Assembly (NCBI RefSeq): GCF_000150275.1
Contig: NW_002060970.1
Coordinates: forward strand, 1 to 5,211
Direction of reading: 5' to 3'
DNA from: Trichoplax adhaerens
Taxonomy: Eukaryota > Animalia > Placozoa
Length of the DNA: 5,211 bases
Shown: piece by piece, positions 1 through 5,211 of the stretch
How the letters are laid out: every line of letters starts with the position of its first letter
Numbering within the stretch: the first letter of the stretch is position 1
Made by a program: the position numbers and the translations under genes
Notes under the pieces: model-generated
The model's database searches: none
What the model saw: the letters and a program-made list of their open reading frames with translations, nothing else
What the model was told of the DNA's origin: nothing

Positions 1-59
1 TTTATTATTTTCAGGAAAACGATAATAAACNTAAACTTCATAATCTACTCTTGATATAC

Positions 60-199
60 AACAGCATAAAATATTTTTTCATTTTCTATTTTATAAAAGG
101 CAAAAGATTTAGTTGTTAAAGTAGTGGTTATATGTTATACCTTATATTTATTTCTAAATAATAATGCAAAAATTTTGGAGTAAAACTTAAGTGGCAGTA
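60..199 (-). repeat. Probable inverted, degenerate solo copy of the 143-bp monomer
   Basis: 60-71 AACAGCATAAAA is the exact reverse complement of 4712-4723 (16/17 over 60-76). 191-199 GTGGCAGTA is the reverse complement of 4736-4744. 149-155 TATTTCT is the reverse complement of 4781-4787. 149-199 aligns to the reverse complement of 4736-4787 at about 36/53 by hand. Block order and spacing fit one monomer length. Confidence 0.5.
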
Positions 200-1059
200 T
201 TAGCTAAGAGTTTTGTATCTTTCAATTAATTTATTCTATCACGATAATACTATTGCCAACTATGTAATTATGGAACAGCGATTACTATCGGTTTCATCAT
301 TATTTCACGTTATTGTTAACAGGCATAACTTCAAACTAGGTCAGCATCTAAACTTGAATTAAAGTTCTGTCACAAAACAGCTTTGCAGCAAGATAGTGTA
401 ATGTACAATCAAGAAGTCCATTCCTTGAACCACGTATTAAGGAACGATATCTGCACTATCAGGAACACTTTTGCTCTACTATCAGACTACACAAAGACTT
501 AGATACCTCGTGTTTTACGTTAATACTAAGTTTAAGAATTAATTTTATTACACGATATACTGCATTTATATACTCTTCCTCGATAGTTCATAAGTCATAG
601 TTAGTACGATTAACTTCGGAATCATTCTCTGAATTAGATATTAATTTTAGCTACTGATCCCTAATGCCGACAACAGTATTTACGAACATAGACATCTGAT
701 GACTAATGAAAAATAGTCAGATTACGATATGTCCTATAACGGAACATTTCCACGATAATTTATAATCTATCATAAGTAAGTTACAATCACAATGATTCGA
801 ACTGTAAGTAGATGATTTTTATTCCCTATTATAACTGTAACTATTAATTTCAGTATATGTATAATATGTCACTGTCACTGTTACGGTGTTATCTCACCAT
901 TTGAATAGATTTACGTAATCTTAGCTAATATGGTAGAACTGATGATAACTTGATGTTGTTGTTTACTAATTGTTGTCGATATATGACCATGTTATGTTAA
1001 ATGGACTGTTTGACAGTATCGGCAATATGTAATAATGGTTACTATGACTTAATAGAATT

Positions 1060-1078
1060 ATCTCATACTATCTCATAG
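1060..1078. repeat. Short tandem duplication TATCTCATA-C-TATCTCATA
   Basis: Two exact 9-mers at 1060-1068 and 1070-1078. Confidence 0.8.
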
Positions 1079-1146
1079 TCGTAATCATGTGCAATGAGGT
1101 ATCGAAGTTGTTTTTGTTATTTTTATGTTCGACTATCATCGAGCCT

Positions 1147-1182
1147 TATAAAAGCGAGTGCGCTGCGCAAAAGGCTCTAGTT
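1147..1182 (+). promoter_or_regulatory. Candidate RNA Pol II core promoter (TATA box + Inr-like)
   Basis: TATAAAAG (matches TATAWAWR) at 1147-1154, a GC-rich spacer, then CTAGTT with its A at 1179, 32 nt from the first T of the TATA box (close to canonical -30/-31 spacing). Locally elevated GC/CpG. Confidence 0.4.
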
Positions 1183-2178
1183 GTTGTAGTTATCCGGTTT
1201 GGAAGTCGTCTCTACGTAAAATAAAAGGGCGTTTAAGTCATAAGTTTGCTTAAGGACTTTTATCTTGCGTTTCCTTGCCACAAACAATTCCGGTTTGTGA
1301 CAGTCACACAAAGCCAGTGCTATATTAAAACACGGTATATCCAAATTAGAAGTTAACTAAATAAGGATAGGCTAACAAAATTATCCTAAGATCGATATAT
1401 CTATTCTAAGACAGTATATAACACTATCACAAGTTCAAAGAAAATGTTAATTAATACATGAAACTTTCCAATATTATTATTAGAAGCATCTTCTATGCTT
1501 ATAAAACTTCTTATCATTGATAAATTTAATGTTTAAGTTATTCATGTCCCTGCATTAAGTCATTAATCAAATCATTTCTAATTCATCATTTAGCTATTTT
1601 CCAATTATTATTATATATCCCAATATTTTACTCTGCAAGATAGCAAAGTGTACTGTGTAGGCTGATACTAAACTGTTACAAACTAACATTGCAACGACAA
1701 TACCATAAATTGAAAACCAATTTCTGAATTAATTAAGTTTTACAGAATTGATGGCCATAAATCGAACTTACAGGTGACAGTGATCAAAAATCCTCTAAGT
1801 CTACCTTAGCTAAAAATTAGAAATCCGATTTTCTTCTGTAATCTGTCGAATATTAAATCTCTTCGGTCGTTAACAGCTATACTTAAATTCCTCAAAATTA
1901 AGGCTGCTAATATGCTGTAGTATTATACGAGTATATTGATAGTGTAATACGATATTTAATATACGCAATTAGCTGATAATGTGGCTGTCCGAAGAGCCTT
2001 CCATGATATCACATAAAGTCTACTACCTATAGAATTATTCTCACAAAGATTCAAACAAAAAATAATTAGTCTCATCTAACACTTAATAATGGTTATAATT
2101 AGGTATACAAATAAAATTATGAAGAAATCTAAAATTTCTTTGAATTCGAAAATCATTAATTTTACAGAAAACTGTACG

Positions 2179-2192
2179 CCCAAGGCCTTGGG
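2179..2192. other. Perfect 14-bp palindrome CCCAAGGCCTTGGG
   Basis: Sequence equals its own reverse complement; it is enclosed by the inverted repeat AAAATCATT (2149-2157)/AATGATTTT (2193-2201). Confidence 0.9.
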
Positions 2193-2261
2193 AATGATTT
2201 TGCTAAATCGGCCAGAATTTCACATACTGTAAATGAGCAAAGAGCTCATAGTAATATGATA

Positions 2262-2272
2262 GGGGGGGGGGG
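2262..2272 (+). repeat. G11 homopolymer
   Basis: Eleven consecutive G in an otherwise AT-rich sequence. Confidence 0.95.
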
Positions 2273-3075
2273 CTAATAATGTAACTTTTCTGAATGCTTC
2301 TGTATAGGATGATTCACATTTTAAAAGTAGATGCTATAAGAATGAAATATTTTGAACTTGTTAATTTTATATTCTTGGAAATTATCTATTATCGTGGTTT
2401 ATTTTCTTGTGTTTACGTAACTGGCATACGTTATAAAAATATATTATAACTATATGGCTAAATGTACCTAATTAGCGATAATAATTAGAATTGTTTTGAA
2501 CGCTATTTTTAAACTTCTAAAATTTCATTAATTATTTGTAATGACTGGTAACACAATTATTGTTCGGTATCTTTCATATGGCTTTATTGTAGCAAAATTT
2601 CTCGCTTATAAGCTATCATCAGATTTAATAAGTACTAATTTATTGGATGATTAGGAAATAACTCTCTTTATTTAATGTGTGATGAAATATAATTCATTCA
2701 GTGACATTAAAGGTACATCGATTATTGTTACTGATTAGAAAATTTTTCTCGCGCAAAATTATTTACTGCAATACATTACATTTTATGATACTGTTTAAAT
2801 CAGCCCCATCACACTGCCTTACAGAATATCTGTTTCTATTTCAATTTCTTTCAATGGTAACTTTCTTATTATTTTCTACGATGACAATATAAATTAATTA
2901 CTAATAAGTCAATGCTACCTTGCCTCATAATTTGTATGGAGCTGCAACGGCTTCAACACATTAATATAACATTGAAAAGCGCGAGTTCTTGCACAGTCTT
3001 GAGAAATTAATTATTGAATATCGTTTAAACTTTTTTTGTAGCAGTACGTTAATCTTTAATATAAATATTTCATAA

Positions 3076-3160
3076 AAGGTTATGATGAAAATTTGACATC
3101 TTTGCTCTTAAAATATAGTATTCTTAGACCTTATTGAAAACGTGTTATTAGCTGAACTTT
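3076..3160 (+). ncRNA. Candidate box C/D snoRNA (orphan, unverified)
   Basis: Box C ATGATGA 3082-3088, box D CTGA 3152-3155, terminal stem AAGGT (3076-3080)/ACTTT (3156-3160, one G-U) in kink-turn register; 85 nt long. No rRNA-complementary guide recognised. Confidence 0.25.
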
Positions 3161-4133
3161 AATGTAAATCCCACTGTAAGTAAAAAAAGTACTATGATTG
3201 GTATCTTCAATTGCATAGATAACGGTAAGTAAGCAATTGTTTCTAAGCTGCTCATTAGCAGTTGTCACTTTAATTAGATTATTAAGGTAACATTCAATTT
3301 TCATCTATCTAACCAAGATTAAAGTTCAAGTTTCCACTAAATTACGTACTTAGAAGGAGGACTCCTCGAATAAAACGTTTTAAACCTTTTGAAAAAAACT
3401 TGAACATGTTTGTACTGTTATTAATTGTTAGAAAACGCTAAACTATCTTTCTATATATCTGCTAGCTCTGATTAGTTTATGTTACCAAGTTACATTATTT
3501 TAAGATAGCCTTTTATTTAAACTGAATTCTTGAAAATTAAATAATAAGCATTAAAAATTTCTTCAGTAGCTATTTTTCTGTAAACGGATAAGAAATAATT
3601 TCTACGAAAGCACTAATAAGATTTTAAATTTTGTACAGAGTCAACTTGCGAACTTTCTCAAACTATCACCGGTAATCAGTTATGGCTCTTATACATACAA
3701 CAATTAAGTTGTCGATGGTCATTTGGGTATACATGGTAGGTTTCAAGCAGAATTGCCATTTATACTATGTGTCTACGTTGTCTTTTGATTTCAGTTATTT
3801 TTAATGCATACCCGATAAATATGGATGTAATTGCAGGCATTTGATGAATATCAGTTGCGCTACTTCAAAACAAAGTCGAAGTATTTCATTTGAACTAAAT
3901 TATGTGTGTATTTCTGACTTTTCTCGTTTAGGTTCTTCAAAGCCGAATAGGTACTATGCTGTAGTTGAATAAATTTTCGGATTTCTGTAGCTCCTATAAT
4001 ATGTAGGAAAAGATATTCCGATATGAATTATTTTGCCGTGATATTTCTGATTTAATCATTCTGCTTAAGACAGATGGAATGAATATTTTAAATAATGTCA
4101 GAGAACTTAAAATGCTAACTTACTGCAGTTTCG

Positions 4134-4183
4134 NNNNNNNNNNNNNNNNNNNNNNNNNNNNNNNNNNNNNNNNNNNNNNNNNN
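4134..4183. other. Assembly gap (50 N)
   Basis: Run of exactly 50 N, probably a placeholder, so the true distance across it is unknown. Confidence 0.98.
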
Positions 4184-4428
4184 AAAGCAATTTGCCGCCT
4201 TATCTATGGCGTGATCGGAATTGTGAGGACACTTATAATACTATCTGTGAAAAGAGTAAGTAGGTATTATTAAACGCAATGAAGAAGTTATTAAAATTAT
4301 ATCATTATTTCGTTGCGATTAAATGCAATTTGAGTACTGTGTTGCACCGCTTTTTGTTTGCATATCTAAGTACCAGATATAGTTTGTTTCAACGCAAATT
4401 AAGAGCGAACCATTAGATTGATATTTGC

Positions 4429-4992
4429 TATGCTGATATAATAATTCATTACTGCAGCATCATTTCAATTTTAATTTTACCTGTATAGTAGGGTAGAAGT
4501 GGGTGTATTTCATAGGTTATAATAATCTATTCAATAAGTTAGTAAAATATTTAATTCGTGAGAAAATTCTCGACGGCGTTACATTATTTCATTACCGCAA
4601 TATCATTCCAATCCTAATTTAACTTGTATAAAAGTAGAAATGGGGTTTAATCCACAGATTATGTTCCTCAAATGATGGAGTTTATACATACCAAAATTTC
4701 GCAAGGAAATTTTTTATGCTGTTATGTTAATTCACTACTGCCACATCTTTCTAGTCTTAATTTTACTTGCTTAATAATAGAGAAATAGGATGTATTTCAA
4801 TGTTGTAATCGTTAATTTAAGGAGTTTGCACATTATAGAGTTCGCAGAAAAATTTTTTACGCTGATATATATGTGACAGCCAATGTCCGCTACAATTTTA
4901 CTTGTATATTAGTTGAGAAATGGCGATGTATTTCACGCGCTATAATCCTCGAATGAAGAAGTTTGTACATTACATATTTGTAAGAAAATATT
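4429..4992. repeat. Diverged tandem repeat, 143-bp period, about 4 copies (4429-4571, 4572-4714, 4715-4857, 4858-~4992)
   Basis: Unit starts TATGCTGATA/GACGGCGTTA/TATGCTGTTA/TACGCTGATA at 4429, 4572, 4715, 4858 (spacing 143,143,143). AATTTWACYTG at 4473, 4616, 4759, 4894 (143,143,135; ~8-nt deletion in copy 4). Further shared blocks: TTCAYTACYGC, AGAARTRG, TGTATTTCA, AGTTTRYACAT. Manual ungapped comparison of the first 55 nt: copy1/copy3 43/55, copy1/copy2 39/55. Confidence 0.92.
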
Positions 4993-5211
4993 TCATTTCG
5001 GTTTTTGAGAATTATATTATCTTATTTTTTATAGCAATAAAATATTCGATTACGAAATTGCTATAATTTACCCAGTTTAGGATAGTCAAAAGAAATATGT
5101 ATAAGATATCCTAAGAATATGGCTATGCTATTTATTCGATATCAGTAGTATACTTATGGAGCAAGTGAATGTATTGTTTGTGTTATTATATTAAGATTCG
5201 GGAAAGATATG

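Noticed and set aside
691-733. CTGATGA...GAAA hammerhead-like core inside an imperfect hairpin (GACAT/ATGTC, TGACTA/TAGTCA)
   Set aside because: No stem II between CTGATGA and GAAA (only CTAAT) and no UH cleavage site adjoining a valid stem I.
2590-2645. Minus-strand CTGATGA-(GCTTATAAGC)-GAGAAA hammerhead-like core
   Set aside because: Stem II is plausible but stems I and III cannot be formed convincingly.
2672-2738. Second C/D-like pair GTGATGA (2679-2685)/CTGA (2731-2734)
   Set aside because: Terminal stem is out of kink-turn register and the element is short; its TATTGTTA complementarity to the 18S TAACAATA segment is only 8 nt.
2738-2795. Short similarities to monomer blocks (AAAATTTTTCTCGC, TTACTGCAATA)
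   Set aside because: The matches are in conflicting orientations and too short.
2701-2892. 63-aa ORF from the track
   Set aside because: GTG start, short, F/L/I-rich composition typical of random AT-rich DNA, no recognisable domain.
2918-3055. Possible further inverted monomer remnant (AACATTGAAA 2968-2977, TGTAGCAGTA 3037-3046)
   Set aside because: Only short AT-rich matches and the intervening sequence does not align; cannot be separated from chance without a profile search.
3708-3788. 26-codon frame VVDGHLGIHGRFQAELPFILC with faint resemblance to SLC22 N-terminal GRFQ motif
   Set aside because: Bounded by stops, no start codon, no continuing homologous exon visible.
4079-4273. 64-aa ORF from the track
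   Set aside because: Spans a 50-N placeholder gap, so frame continuity is an artefact; only the right part is kept as a weak exon candidate.
4286-4428. Possible additional monomer upstream of the array (and a partial one near 5060-5100)
   Set aside because: Only isolated short matches at approximate register.
4429-4992. Array interpreted as CRISPR, protein repeat, repeated exon-intron units (minus-strand CAR|GT in each copy) or H/ACA snoRNA cluster
   Set aside because: No identical repeat/unique spacer pattern and no cas genes; period not divisible by 3; the putative minus-strand exon in copy 3 has stops in all three frames and copy 2 lacks the acceptor; no long hairpin between the ANANNA and ACA motifs.

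Overview
AT-rich (roughly 70% A+T by eye), essentially non-coding window with no credible full-length CDS on either strand, one ambiguous base (31) and a 50-N assembly gap (4134-4183). The lack of ORFs over 5.2 kb suggests eukaryotic intergenic/intronic DNA rather than a prokaryotic locus (inference). The clearest structure is an old, diverged 4-copy tandem array with an exact 143-bp period at 4429-4992. A probable inverted, degenerate copy of its monomer lies at the opposite end of the window (60-199). Weaker signals: a candidate TATA+Inr Pol II core promoter at ~1147-1182 preceded by a cluster of 11 CGATA motifs; a cluster of nested inverted repeats followed by a G11 run (2122-2272); a box C/D-like snoRNA candidate (3076-3160) followed by a possible 6-nt microexon; and a short hydrophobic exon-like segment right of the gap. 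No CRISPR array, tRNA, rRNA or transposase was recognised.
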